DNA from: a virus
DNA: 64,000 nucleotides
Reading direction: 5' to 3' (one strand)
IMG/VR virus record: IMGVR_UViG_3300044712_001062
Span: 71,062-135,061 of that record
Within the stretch, counting starts at the first letter, position 1. The number at the start of each line of letters is the position of its first letter. The translations under genes were made by a program, and so were the position numbers. The notes beneath the pieces are model-generated. The model saw only the letters and a program-made list of their open reading frames with translations, searched no databases and was not told the DNA's origin. Shown here in pieces: positions 39,501 to 49,272 of the stretch.

Positions 39501-40479
39501 GTCCGAAAAAGAACTTCGTGAAATGATGCAACAAATGGATCCTGTAATGAGTATTGGGGCAGGACCGGGAACAGTTGCAAGAAATGCTTTGAAAGGTCTT
39601 ACTGGAAGTGATGCTACATATAATGATACAGCGAAGAAATTAGAAAATTATCGAGATGGTGTTACAGATTCTATAAAGAGAATTAATAAAAATATCACAT
39701 TGCCAATTATTGGTGAAATAGGAACTAACACTGCTGCTGGACTTGTCAAAGATTCATACAATTTAGTTGCAAAGGCAATGACTGCAAATGTTGGAGATAT
39801 CGTTGCAATGGGAGCAAGTGGTGTTGGAATGGGAGCAACTGCAATGGATGTTAGTAAAGATGTTGGAAGTGCAGTTACTCAAAATCCATGGAGTGCTGCA
39901 CAAATGTTTTTATCTGCTGGAATGCCAGGGGTTCCAATTCCAGGAGCGTCAATTGTAGGCACGATGACTGCCGATATGCTAATGCCACAGACAACCCAAT
40001 GGCTTAATGATGGTAGATACAAAGAACAAAGTGGAGTAACCCCGCTTACAATTGATGGCAAAGATACTGGATATTATCAAGGTGGAGAAACAGCAGCATC
40101 AATTGCATCATTCAACGAGGCAATCACATCAGCAGTAACTAACATTAATGACTTATTCGGAAAGCAAACCAATGATCAACTAAATACATTTGGTGTTGCA
40201 TATGCTGGAAAAGATGATAGCGCAACGGTGAACTCTATTACTGGAGTTTCAGATACCACTGCATTATCCAACACATTCTTACAGATGCTCAAGGAACAAC
40301 AGACTGTTCAACAACAGCAACAACAACCAGTTTCTACAGTTCCTGAAAATGTCCAAGTTGTAATCACGGTAACTGGTAGTGATAAGAATGAAATTGCAAA
40401 TCAAGTGATGCAGCAAATTCAGGCTCAATTACCACAGATGCTTCAACAAGGTAAAACACAAACCAGTAGAACTTCATAG
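33523..40479 (+). CDS. tape measure protein with accessory domains
   Basis: 2318 aa after the chaperone; central amphipathic/hydrophobic helices; repeated FAxGG motifs and GPGGPREDKVNARLSDGEYVINA (TMP C-terminal-type motif); PN/PT-rich linker. Confidence 0.85.
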   Translation: MAQYSDEQYSRMVKAINGALSGIFNKPRELPHYAEGTNDLTGTQKIEQYARDLMLGGISPEEIARRYAAQQFAQKGKYSEASVKQLAPHIADRLQPIRQNVQSQVSKYNQVKDPVLENVIRIIGLTGHTSNMKAIMDGKNISPELQEMYIKNAYAKRSTIATNNFQNIIKSKSGPELEKYLKSLARVKTSNPQFDQIGGDIGGNAVARHVRSLMKANEPNIMGMGISRSILRNYIPDVKPIAAKPATQISDSYAQKFLQNVQRNQSLKGHFAALQNFTKVGQNLPAFGLQNMLKSLKSPKMPNQISRLPNLNFMGNSRDSHKYGILDSIKSRKKDIISTGLQGAGIAGLGMLGSFVGNLFSSGIPMPFKEGGMIPRFNSGDYIDAEEAQGGQLQFRNADYFNKIYKEQVNGLMNSKGKNLTFWRGADGHDPSVISDNQMETSGKWFTPDQNYAQDYAKYTKGSLFRVDIPKKDVKHSQLRNWLSQAASPNEAVLPKNFAAMAKHWGKFAKGGLGGIPALISSHEKFVSPNVTGKYGVKLLNAINRGGIDGNLDKHEQLSISKMISGKQLSNGGISTIMGGSGNPTADDIFSVLPRNSYIVNAKASAEVDKHFPGLLNSSGVSRFANGGLAGFAKGDQVDPRKYDSIAKNFVGSYSADMGTSSDAIYGNLLGSKDLFALVAKNTNRRQGDLRSQLDSGDVKAHDDLKNYANRVMPIVEQAIKQAFPDTVRNPGLDGKSYPKVDYSSDGSKFNNQRYSSIAGVGPTQPQYGDKVAHAGITSSFSTVPGAGLTNVMSKGFEQYNANNDPFAYLMRSFRKNNAEQKIDQFFKNMHMASQVMGKGIFSESDDMDVGDRRSMGKSSVGGLYRGHMTYKQGELTDHAGAPIGPAGARIDMSDAWAWSTDELNSIGKTKPNRGRIRSAIHDMSGGIGTFFKNMGSPMDTKYSFSAQANADVGGIYSNIDTSKLSIDELTKVLETGRLNGQDPQELKKLSAFISNRKAYDDAPKNIAEEFSREFGNTIGKSQIKDLINIERGVATDNKGTQKATTVVTTDILKTMLDKSGMDPAEIEQRIGHVMSRVFQVPEEMRPNYQRGLTDKLSAGVMGTNGQMVRGRTDLMNFDREGRPELNANAIKQSGADLNQVRKVANEYHKEFIANNNVATVSVNHTAESVKKVGLGIGEMSKSEKILSTLSWKFASLSMSAMGVYFSMQSVIMIFQQAVGAITGPLSDIEGMMKNIGMSNAFGGLVNANSVMDKMNVNVDDLTNGWKQVTGLTATIQTMFATLGAKVFGDSSFSDRLLGPLQDLFAELGSAENIDTFQSLIESVVKAAPAMVEGMKTFASVLKMITDNQGLMQVLANLYIMSILVQPLASGFTALLTVIGGFAEMTRLVQTFNAALLATEAISKSSAASFLVGWGLVLAEILLVVEAVSELANLMQVSPMFLGQGNYLPTLSNGLNISGVTGALTGTQGNFATGGEVNGPGGPREDKVNARLSDGEYVINAQSSKKLGKTFLDDLNNFAQGGTPNPASIPLGPSAAYDVGGRSDTNYYGGKTVSALEDNATVNGITSKVLNDAKESDGIGVYVRNWKEGDWGPGKGNGNNQTPFQLPDIGYVSRLLSATPNNFNFNGNNANANPNPTTNPTTNPGRITVNPSPTPNPTPNPTPNPSPTPNTNPISTVINSIVSSITSLLATMNSTTVGYNPKTGRVRVRIPPPPKQNGSGSTNHQSGNINPSAGFANSELSEIYYNHAGYRKWGDITDYGPQSRKKTGYMDRWNNGNYNYGNAPANAQNAAGRKFTLDPQFGFIPGDYVGPNQRALWSNDATWGSDPADHGMTMQVAATTGGDAESVAKAYGSVKVQNAIVGYAGKGFQWAGQGAPAAIAKVGAKYAPQMLQNSKTAGIAGRYAASGVGKGAALAGTAFTKANAIAFNPYVIAGAGILEAGSENDKFVKQGQSLDSMMDPKYKSNSVTGLLTGGAVAPTYARGMKIMAASYGKSEKELREMMQQMDPVMSIGAGPGTVARNALKGLTGSDATYNDTAKKLENYRDGVTDSIKRINKNITLPIIGEIGTNTAAGLVKDSYNLVAKAMTANVGDIVAMGASGVGMGATAMDVSKDVGSAVTQNPWSAAQMFLSAGMPGVPIPGASIVGTMTADMLMPQTTQWLNDGRYKEQSGVTPLTIDGKDTGYYQGGETAASIASFNEAITSAVTNINDLFGKQTNDQLNTFGVAYAGKDDSATVNSITGVSDTTALSNTFLQMLKEQQTVQQQQQQPVSTVPENVQVVITVTGSDKNEIANQVMQQIQAQLPQMLQQGKTQTSRTS

Positions 40480-40571
40480 ACAATATACTTTTTTTAATTT
40501 TCGAACTATTAAATATTTTTTAAAACTTGGAGAACTTTGGTTTTATATATGGTAAAACATCATGTTTTTTC

Positions 40572-41036
40572 ATGGCGTTGAACTTTACTGAATATTTCAT
40601 TAAAATATCCATGAGTGCCCAGGGTCATGGCAATAAAACCTATACATATGCTGGTGGAGCAACGCATAATATAAAAAGTTATCGCCTCAAATATACCAAT
40701 GCAGTAAATGTCATTTCGCAAAATCAAGGTCAGGGTTCAGTCCCACTATCAGTTATGAGAGGTAAAAAGGTTGATGTTTTAGTCCTTGAAGTTCGCATTG
40801 GCGATACCCAAGAACAATTGGATTATATGAGCGCTATATCAGCGTATAGACTATCAAATACTCAATCGCCAAGGAATATTTTCATGGCAGGTTCATTGTT
40901 AATTGCAAGTGCTGGATATGGTTTTCAGGAAATTCCAAGTGGTTCAAAGTGGTTTGTCAATTCATGGAGAGTTCGTGAAGGAGTAAGTCAACGAATCATG
41001 CATGGCGATCTGGAATTGTATAGGTGGTATGAATGA
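40572..41036 (+). CDS. distal tail-like protein
   Basis: Follows the TMP; late promoter 31 nt upstream of ATG 40572. Confidence 0.5.
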   Translation: MALNFTEYFIKISMSAQGHGNKTYTYAGGATHNIKSYRLKYTNAVNVISQNQGQGSVPLSVMRGKKVDVLVLEVRIGDTQEQLDYMSAISAYRLSNTQSPRNIFMAGSLLIASAGYGFQEIPSGSKWFVNSWRVREGVSQRIMHGDLELYRWYE

Positions 41037-42775
41037 CCTTACCAACTTCGCAAGTTCAATTTAGAATTATCGAGGAAGTTAAAGATACCAAGGGCAAATC
41101 ATCTTGGGTAGCAGCCGACATTCTATCTCCATGTACAATTGAAGACATTAATTGTTCGACTATTGCTGCGTGTATCAAAATCGAAGATAATACCCTTGAA
41201 CCTGAAATCATTCCAATGGGTATTGATAAATGTGAATGTGTAGTAACTGGTTATTTTGAATTAAATACCCCCGATGATCCGGGTTCAGAAATTACTGATG
41301 AAGATTTATTTAATGGCTGTTATCAATATGGATCGAAAGGGACTTTTTGCGGACGTGGATTAGAACTCAAGGATGGTCGGAATAACTTTCCAACACTTCG
41401 GGGTAAGTGGAAAATCGCATCATTTACTTGGGATAGAAATGCCAAAGAACTCGGTCATTATCGCTTTATGATGACCTTAAGTTATATATGGTCAGATCCC
41501 AAGGAAAGTCAATTATTCGATGGTAATGATGGATCGGCATTAAAGCAAAATGTTCAATATTTCATCAAGTTAGGCATCAGTGATAGTGGAGATCAAATCC
41601 CAGTTATTGATCCTGAAATTCGAGGAAGTTTATTTGACCCAAACACTGCGAAATTTAGGTCGATCAACAAGATAGATGGCTTGGTTGAAAATGCAGAACT
41701 TCGAATATTTTCAGAATTAGAACAAACAATTCCAGCATTTATTGGTTATATAAAAAGTGTTAAGGTTTCAACTGGTGGGATGGTTTCATATGAATGTTCG
41801 GAATTAAATAGCGTATTATATCAATGTGCAGTTAGAAATCCACAAGCAGGATTGTTCAAACCTCGTGTTATGATTAGAAATCCAACTGAAAGTGGAATTA
41901 ACATGTCTATTGAGCAAATGGTTCAAAGTATAATGTCATTTTATACTGGACATCCGACCATTCAATATAATCCAGGAGTTGGTATATCAAACCCTGATTC
42001 ATTAGGCAAGTTGAAATTGTTACCAAATAGATCAACAAATATTATACTCCCAACTCAAATTTTATCAGGAACTGATGTTGGGACAGCCATAGATAGTTTT
42101 TTGGAGAACGAGTGTGGATTCTATACTTGGTATGGTCGATTAGATGGTTCTTTGCAATACGGGTATGGGCGAGATACCATAACATTAGATTTGAATTATG
42201 AAGTGATATTACATAGTGAGAAACAACCAGAAGATCTTTCACTGCCATATAAGCCAAATAATGTAGTTGTCTGGAATAGTGATGGGAGTGCATATAAATT
42301 GTATCCAGAATCCTTGCCAGTTGGAAATGTTACTGTAGCATCATTTAGACTTCAAACTAATAAATTGGATAGAAATTTACAAGCATTCGCTGAAAAAATA
42401 TGGAATGATCTCCAAAATGATCGTAAAACATATAAAGTTAGGTTTCCCGCTGGAATAACTCGCTTCAAAGAAGGTGATATGTTCAATGGACTTGGAGATC
42501 AGACTATCAAAGAAAAAATGGTCTATCGTAGTGGTCCTGATCAAAACCCGACTGAAGATCCAAGTGACACTGTTTGGCAAATCAAAGATGTTTATATGTG
42601 TGGTGATTATACTGAAGTTGTTGTTGGGCCATCATTCTACTCAATATTCGACTTATACCGCGATCAAATTCAATTGATTCATTCCACGCCATCACCCACT
42701 GAAGTTGAAAAATGGGATAGTTCGGTAGTGATTGTTGGCGGGGAGAAAATCGCTGAAAGTGAAGGACAATCATGA
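41033..42775 (+). CDS. baseplate hub / tail tip protein
   Basis: Position; FIGYI..V..YEC hub-like motif. Confidence 0.55.
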   Translation: MTLPTSQVQFRIIEEVKDTKGKSSWVAADILSPCTIEDINCSTIAACIKIEDNTLEPEIIPMGIDKCECVVTGYFELNTPDDPGSEITDEDLFNGCYQYGSKGTFCGRGLELKDGRNNFPTLRGKWKIASFTWDRNAKELGHYRFMMTLSYIWSDPKESQLFDGNDGSALKQNVQYFIKLGISDSGDQIPVIDPEIRGSLFDPNTAKFRSINKIDGLVENAELRIFSELEQTIPAFIGYIKSVKVSTGGMVSYECSELNSVLYQCAVRNPQAGLFKPRVMIRNPTESGINMSIEQMVQSIMSFYTGHPTIQYNPGVGISNPDSLGKLKLLPNRSTNIILPTQILSGTDVGTAIDSFLENECGFYTWYGRLDGSLQYGYGRDTITLDLNYEVILHSEKQPEDLSLPYKPNNVVVWNSDGSAYKLYPESLPVGNVTVASFRLQTNKLDRNLQAFAEKIWNDLQNDRKTYKVRFPAGITRFKEGDMFNGLGDQTIKEKMVYRSGPDQNPTEDPSDTVWQIKDVYMCGDYTEVVVGPSFYSIFDLYRDQIQLIHSTPSPTEVEKWDSSVVIVGGEKIAESEGQS

Positions 42776-42824
42776 TTAGTGGACATTTTATTTTTTTCAA
42801 ATTTAAAATCATAAAGGTAAAATA

Positions 42825-44765
42825 ATGGCTCCATATATTGAGACTAAAAAGACTGGTGATAAATCAGCATCATTTACTTTAATCGTTGATCCAAGTGATG
42901 GTAGTAATATCACGCAAATAATTTGGACATCAAATGGCGAAACATTTAGTAGTGGATCTCCTACTGCGAGTTTAACTGTAGCAGAGTTTGGTGCTTACAA
43001 TATTAGTGTTGGATATAAAAATTCAGCACAGAATGATAAGGGTGCTCAAACAAGTATAACATTTACTGATCCACAATTAACTCCAGTTGATGATGAAAAA
43101 ACATCAACCACCACCGATGCATTTTATATGCGGCCATTTATAATTCCACCTGAATCAAATGGCGAGATTAAAATTACTGCATCTATAACCGATTTATCTG
43201 ATGTTAAAAATTCATATGATGAGAGTAAAGTTGCAACCATTGATAATTATATTACATTTGGAGAAGTTCCAATAGAAGGAGATGCATCTATAGAATTATA
43301 TATGGGAGAAGGATCTTATGGATCTGATGAATATATTGTAGATGATGGCGCTAATAATATGAGTGATATTCCTGCATTCTATGATTATGGTCAAGTATAC
43401 ATTCAATATACCATTGGAGAAACTGACGATCCTGATGCTGCATTTGACATAGATTGGGATATGGCAATGTCATTTGCTGCAGAGCCTTCGTGGTATGGAG
43501 TAGATCTGACTTATGATAGTTTGGTATGTAAAGATATAATTACTGGCGATGCTTCTAATGTCAAATATCCAAGTGCCGCACAATACACCACAATGATCCA
43601 GCAATATACAATTGGAACTTGGAAAGGTATACCCCCATTCAAATTGGATTGGTGGACATCAGGAAAAGAAGGAGAAACGGCAATTAAACGAGCATTGTTA
43701 TATCCTCCTGAATTTAGGTTTACCATCACCAATAACATTTCATCAAAAATAACCTTGAACAATATATCTATTAAGATGAAATTTTTTTACTATGAAGATG
43801 GCACATTGATGAACATTCGTAGTTCCACTGACAAAACAAAGGAATCCACAAAAATTTACGTATTACCAAAAGGATCAGAATTAGTCACGCAAACACTTCC
43901 AATTTTTGGGATTGTTGATGGTTATGAAATGGATGAAATTGTCAAGATTTGGGGATTCTATGACAAGTGGTATGCAGATACTGCAGTATACTTCCCTTCA
44001 TGTTTTCAGTTAATGCCAGTTACTGGATATGATGGAACTAATCATCCATGTGTATTGTGGAAGTCAGATGAAAGTTTATATTCCACACAAGGAGGAGATC
44101 AGCCAACACTTGACTATACTAGGATGGCATATAAAGGAATGTCCAATAGTGAATATTTGAAAGTTATAACCCCTCAAATAATTGCTGCTGATGAATATTA
44201 TAGAATTATTGACGTTAAATGCGATGGAAATGTAAATGATGAGGCTGCAATATTTACCATAACCATCAAACCAAATGACACGGTAGACGATTTCATAACT
44301 GCTGAAGAATTGGGAAGTAGTGTTGCATCATTAAGATTTTATAATCAAGTTTTGCCATTTTCACCTGAAGTTACAACCTACAGATCATCAGTACATCCAG
44401 TATTTTACGAACGGATGCAAAATACTTATAAAAATAGTGTGGTATTGGAGTCTATTAAAAGTGAACCATTACACTTCGTTGAATTCACTATTAATGATAG
44501 TTTAGATACTTATATTCCAATTTACCATGGCCAAACTGTGGAATTCAGTGATTACTTGACTCGATGTAATGATGGAATTCGAAGTGGGGATGTTTTCAAC
44601 TTTAGTATGACTAATGCTAATAAAATAGGCATCAAGAATCCCACACAACATAAATATAAGGTAAAGTTTCATGTTGACTACGAAGTATATAAAGACATTT
44701 ATATCATGAGCGAGGCAGATCAACCATGGCTAATATCACAAACACCGGATTCCACGACAAACTAG
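42825..44765 (+). CDS. minor tail protein with N-terminal Ig/PKD-like domain
   Basis: Acidic and beta-rich; IIWT...GAYNISV. Confidence 0.5.
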   Translation: MAPYIETKKTGDKSASFTLIVDPSDGSNITQIIWTSNGETFSSGSPTASLTVAEFGAYNISVGYKNSAQNDKGAQTSITFTDPQLTPVDDEKTSTTTDAFYMRPFIIPPESNGEIKITASITDLSDVKNSYDESKVATIDNYITFGEVPIEGDASIELYMGEGSYGSDEYIVDDGANNMSDIPAFYDYGQVYIQYTIGETDDPDAAFDIDWDMAMSFAAEPSWYGVDLTYDSLVCKDIITGDASNVKYPSAAQYTTMIQQYTIGTWKGIPPFKLDWWTSGKEGETAIKRALLYPPEFRFTITNNISSKITLNNISIKMKFFYYEDGTLMNIRSSTDKTKESTKIYVLPKGSELVTQTLPIFGIVDGYEMDEIVKIWGFYDKWYADTAVYFPSCFQLMPVTGYDGTNHPCVLWKSDESLYSTQGGDQPTLDYTRMAYKGMSNSEYLKVITPQIIAADEYYRIIDVKCDGNVNDEAAIFTITIKPNDTVDDFITAEELGSSVASLRFYNQVLPFSPEVTTYRSSVHPVFYERMQNTYKNSVVLESIKSEPLHFVEFTINDSLDTYIPIYHGQTVEFSDYLTRCNDGIRSGDVFNFSMTNANKIGIKNPTQHKYKVKFHVDYEVYKDIYIMSEADQPWLISQTPDSTTN

Positions 44766-45250
44766 AACTGTATAGAATAGATAAACATGGCCGATGGGAT
44801 TTGGAAGTTGAAACCGTCAAAAAACCATCGGTTTTTCAAAAACTCAAATGTAGAGTTGGCCTTGGAAATATGGCTGATGATGCATTGACAAATTACGCAA
44901 TTAATGATTTGGCAGCATACCTTTCAACTAAATACACATATGTTTCAGTAGGCACTGACGCGACACTTGGAACTGACTACACCCTCAATGAACTTGTCGC
45001 CCCAGTAATGACAAGAGTTGCAGCAACAAAATCCTTTATGAATACTTATGGCACTGATGTATTGCTTCCTGACACTGCTGTATACACCTCTATAATGACA
45101 TCAAGTGGCGATTACACATTACGAGAGTCGGGTTTGCACACAACTATTACAGGTGGATATATGGGTGCACGCCAGACCTACTACAATTGGGTTGTTGCTA
45201 ATGGTGAGACATTTGGTATGATTTGGAAGATCATCAATAGCCGAGGATAA
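44726..45250 (+). CDS. baseplate/tail fibre attachment protein
   Basis: YVSVGTD...L...LRESGL pattern typical of tail collar/baseplate proteins. Confidence 0.5.
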   Translation: MANITNTGFHDKLELYRIDKHGRWDLEVETVKKPSVFQKLKCRVGLGNMADDALTNYAINDLAAYLSTKYTYVSVGTDATLGTDYTLNELVAPVMTRVAATKSFMNTYGTDVLLPDTAVYTSIMTSSGDYTLRESGLHTTITGGYMGARQTYYNWVVANGETFGMIWKIINSRG

Positions 45251-45252
45251 TC

Positions 45253-45549
45253 ATGACTGTCGGTGATGTGGTATCTACCCAAGTTCAACTTTTATCTACC
45301 AATTCATTAGATGTCAGGCCAGCAACATCTGCAGCCGAATGGGTAATACACAATATATATTTGCCATTTGGATCCACCATAGAACTATATCGAAATGATG
45401 GGACATATTCCTTTAAGATTTCCAATTTGTCAAGTTCCCTATTATCATATAGTTTTCACTGCACGAGAAACAATTATCTAACCATTACCAATGTTGGTAC
45501 GGGATCAGTATACATTTCATATGATGGTGTGATTACCAAGGAGTCATAA
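45253..45549 (+). CDS. small virion protein
   Basis: 98 aa, beta-rich, coupled to the next gene. Confidence 0.5.
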   Translation: MTVGDVVSTQVQLLSTNSLDVRPATSAAEWVIHNIYLPFGSTIELYRNDGTYSFKISNLSSSLLSYSFHCTRNNYLTITNVGTGSVYISYDGVITKES

Positions 45550-47738
45550 TGATACGGCCATTTGACAACGTAATGTGGGAAACCTCAACCAATTGGGCAT
45601 TATATGATCCTATCATACCAAGGGGTGTATTTGCCCTCAATATTGATAACTTGGAGATCAAAATTGGTAATGGATCGACAGTTTGGTCATCATTGGGTTA
45701 TGTAGGTGGAACTACCATTGGTGATCATTTAATTCAAAGCGATCGAGATCCATTACAGGATGAAATTTTAATTTATGATGAATCATCATCAAAATGGTTA
45801 TACCGTTTGCACGCTGTAGTTGACACTGCTACTAATTGGGAATCTAATAATGATGTATTTCCAACATTTGCCCTGTTAGTCGAAAAGAATGAATTAAGTA
45901 ATTTGTATACTGGTCGATTTAAAATTTCAGATGGAGTAACTCAAAGTCATCAAATTCCATGGGCAGGCAGTGATATTGATTTAACAAGTTTTCCAACTGG
46001 ATATGGTATAAAATTTAACGGCACTCAATTTGAGGCTGCTCATTTTATTGAAATTGGTGATAGTCCAGCATCAACAATTCCAACTGGGATAAAATTTGCT
46101 CGTGATGATGGAATATGGGCAGAACCTGGAAGTGGTTATGTAGTTGGAATTCCAGGAGCCACAAATAATTCCATAGTAGTATTTGATGGCACTAGTGGAT
46201 ATAATATTAAAAATAGTGGTGTATCATACCTAGACTTGGTTCCATCAATTGGCACACCCAATGCATCATTTCAAATAAATAACGGTGTTAAGTTATTCGA
46301 TGTAAGTGGTGAATTACACGTTAAAACCGCAACAAATGCACTATCTCATATTAGATCTGCTTCATTATATTCTGAAGTTGCAACTCATAATACTGTATAT
46401 GTTGGTGGTTATCCAACTGAAGCAACAAGCGTGACACTTACTGGTGATGGCACATATTTGTATGTTGATGGTGGAAAGTTATTCACAAATTTAACTGGTG
46501 GCCATGGAAGTGGAAGTGAAAGTGATTTATTAGATGGATACCATGCAAGTGAATTTGCCACATTAAATCATATACATGTCCAGCAACCAGCAAGTGGAGT
46601 TTTATTAACCAGTAAAATTGGTTCGACATATAATAATGTTCAGCAATGGGTAGATGTAATTCAATCAAGTGGCAGAATAAGTGGTGGATTAATAACCGCA
46701 CATTCACCAGCAAATGGAACTGTAGATGTTAGTGCATTAACAGGATTTATCAAACTGACCGATGATTCCATTGGAAATGTTGAATTTTTCGATCTTGCTG
46801 CATCAACAAGCGTAGCACTTACTGATAATCAAACTAACTACATTTATGTAACTTACAATTCTGGAAATCCACAAATATTAGTAACTACTGATAGATCATC
46901 GATTAGGCAAACTGATCAATTTACCATTGGAAGGGCATTTAGAAGTGGAACTGCAGTAGAAGTTTTGGTTAGTGGAATTAACTTATATAATAAATCAAGA
47001 TTGATTCATGAAAAATGGATTGATACATTTGGCGGAGTGAGTTATGCAAGTGGCCTTACAGTATCAGCAACTGGCCTTAAACCTGCATTTACCGCTGGAG
47101 TTTTATACGCAGGTAGTAATAAAATAAATGTCAATGCATTAGATTGTAATACTTCTGGGACATTTAACGCATATTATACCACTGATAATGGAACTACTTG
47201 GACAATTCAAACTGCACAAACATCAATAAACAACACACAATATAACAATGCAGCAACAGGTCTTGCAGATTTATCAAACAATCAATATGGTGTGCATTGG
47301 TTATATATATGTCCAGAAGGCTCTATGTATATGTTATATGGCAAAGCATCATACACACTCGCGCAAGCACAAGCAGCAACAGGTCCAGTTGCACCCATAC
47401 CAAATTACCTCGCACAATGGGCAAAATTGGCCGCAAAGATAATTGTATTAAAAAGCGCAACCAGTATATATTCAATTACTCTTGCGTGGTCTACTCAATT
47501 TCCAGTGCAACTCCCCGGAGATCACAATTCACTTGCAAGTTTACAAGGTGGGACATCAGGACAATATTACCACTTAACATCATTAGAATATACAACGACT
47601 GTTCCTCGTTATTATGGTGAACTGGCAAGTGCTCCTGCTACATATAAACCAGGTGACTCATATTGGAATACCGGAGATGTATCATTAAAGACATTTATTA
47701 GTTATGGAGTTGGTTGGAAAACTATAACAACCACATAA
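45549..47738 (+). CDS. tail fibre protein with two Mtd-N/hyaluronidase-like N-terminal repeats
   Basis: W...PII.RG...IKIGNGSTVWSSL and a second copy FKISDGVT..HQIPW; also DLLDGYHASEF. Confidence 0.7.
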   Translation: MIRPFDNVMWETSTNWALYDPIIPRGVFALNIDNLEIKIGNGSTVWSSLGYVGGTTIGDHLIQSDRDPLQDEILIYDESSSKWLYRLHAVVDTATNWESNNDVFPTFALLVEKNELSNLYTGRFKISDGVTQSHQIPWAGSDIDLTSFPTGYGIKFNGTQFEAAHFIEIGDSPASTIPTGIKFARDDGIWAEPGSGYVVGIPGATNNSIVVFDGTSGYNIKNSGVSYLDLVPSIGTPNASFQINNGVKLFDVSGELHVKTATNALSHIRSASLYSEVATHNTVYVGGYPTEATSVTLTGDGTYLYVDGGKLFTNLTGGHGSGSESDLLDGYHASEFATLNHIHVQQPASGVLLTSKIGSTYNNVQQWVDVIQSSGRISGGLITAHSPANGTVDVSALTGFIKLTDDSIGNVEFFDLAASTSVALTDNQTNYIYVTYNSGNPQILVTTDRSSIRQTDQFTIGRAFRSGTAVEVLVSGINLYNKSRLIHEKWIDTFGGVSYASGLTVSATGLKPAFTAGVLYAGSNKINVNALDCNTSGTFNAYYTTDNGTTWTIQTAQTSINNTQYNNAATGLADLSNNQYGVHWLYICPEGSMYMLYGKASYTLAQAQAATGPVAPIPNYLAQWAKLAAKIIVLKSATSIYSITLAWSTQFPVQLPGDHNSLASLQGGTSGQYYHLTSLEYTTTVPRYYGELASAPATYKPGDSYWNTGDVSLKTFISYGVGWKTITTT

Positions 47739-47775
47739 TATTAATAACATTACTTACTATTTTATATATATATTT

Positions 47776-48609
47776 ATGACATCTTCAAATGCACAGCGAG
47801 TTTATGGTTTATTAAATGGTAATCAATGTTTGATATGGTTACATAGATTTGCTCTTGTTTACGGAAGTGATACATTAAATCCAGATCAGACAACTGGAAA
47901 TGTATATTATGGCGATCAAACTGGAGTATACACCAAACAATGTAGTTATAAATACAATGGTTATTTATCGATTCTTTGGGTTATATCAGGGTTGACCATT
48001 GCAGTTGCCGAAGGTAGAATTTGTAAACGAAATACAAATGTAATAATCATTGAAAGTTATGGAGAATCTGCCACAACACAACCAATTTCACTATGGTTCA
48101 ATACTGGAACTGGCGAATCTCCAATTTGGAATAAATTAAACTCGGTTATTGCAAATGGAACGATGCCATATTCGTCAAGTAATTACAATTTCAGAGAACG
48201 ATTAACTGAAAAGTCTGGTGCTACTAAAATTGATGATTGTGAAACATGCCCTGAAACTGGAGATTCCGGTTGTTTGGTATGTGGAGTTGCCAGCAGATTT
48301 AAAGTTGTAACAGTAACTTTTAGTATTGCTACCAATTGCTGTAATTATGCAACATTGACACCAAGCGAATCCACTGAAATTGGGGAAACGACTTACAATT
48401 ATGGATTGCATAACCTTGGAATAAATACCATACCATTTACAAATTTATATGTAGAATACAAATTGCTATGTAAATCAATATTAATTTATGTATATTCCAA
48501 GGAAGAAAATAGTAAATATAGCATGGTATATTACCTTGACGATCTTGGTGTATGGAATTTAATTACTGAAGGATATAAAGAAGATATAGGAGAATATAAT
48601 GACCTTTGA
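47776..48609 (+). CDS. Cys-containing virion-associated protein
   Basis: 277-aa ORF in the tail operon. Confidence 0.5.
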   Translation: MTSSNAQRVYGLLNGNQCLIWLHRFALVYGSDTLNPDQTTGNVYYGDQTGVYTKQCSYKYNGYLSILWVISGLTIAVAEGRICKRNTNVIIIESYGESATTQPISLWFNTGTGESPIWNKLNSVIANGTMPYSSSNYNFRERLTEKSGATKIDDCETCPETGDSGCLVCGVASRFKVVTVTFSIATNCCNYATLTPSESTEIGETTYNYGLHNLGINTIPFTNLYVEYKLLCKSILIYVYSKEENSKYSMVYYLDDLGVWNLITEGYKEDIGEYNDL

Positions 48610-49267
48610 TATTAATTCACTTAATGGAAAAGTGTTATCAATGTATACCGGAACAAATTTGATCCAACGTGGAACAATCATCAGCACATCAATTGGAAAT
48701 ATTGTCAAATTTGATAGAGATTCATTGTATAGCCCAGGATCTAATTTGGTAAATACCATAAATATTGATTCATCATATGCAAATGTAACAAATACATTTT
48801 GTGGGGAAATAACTTTCCAAAAGTATACTACTACCCATACAGTTGATTTGTGTAATATAGTTCAAACAAATAGTGTAAAAATATCATTTTCGTTTGCCAT
48901 AAAAGTAGAAATTTATGATGTTGCTACCGAAACATGGTTTATGCCCGCTGTAACTGGAATCGATACCGATCCATGTAAATATATCAAACTTGAATTATTT
49001 TATGGTGGATATGCTGGAACAGTGTTCAATGGAACATCAAATATTTATACCGGCGAATATACTGGAAATGTATGTGGAGATCTAACAAATATCAATGAAC
49101 GTAAAAATGGAGATGTCAGATTAATAGCCAGTGCAAATGGTCAATACACTAATACAACTCCAGTTAGAATGACCTTTACACTTTCGCACATAACATATAC
49201 TGATTGCAATGGTGATGATATTGTAGATGGAGATAAATGTTTATTAATCGGAACTTACACTGGGTGA
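48599..49267 (+). CDS. beta-rich virion-associated protein
   Basis: 222-aa ORF in the tail operon. Confidence 0.5.
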   Translation: MTFDINSLNGKVLSMYTGTNLIQRGTIISTSIGNIVKFDRDSLYSPGSNLVNTINIDSSYANVTNTFCGEITFQKYTTTHTVDLCNIVQTNSVKISFSFAIKVEIYDVATETWFMPAVTGIDTDPCKYIKLELFYGGYAGTVFNGTSNIYTGEYTGNVCGDLTNINERKNGDVRLIASANGQYTNTTPVRMTFTLSHITYTDCNGDDIVDGDKCLLIGTYTG

Positions 49268-49272
49268 ACTAA

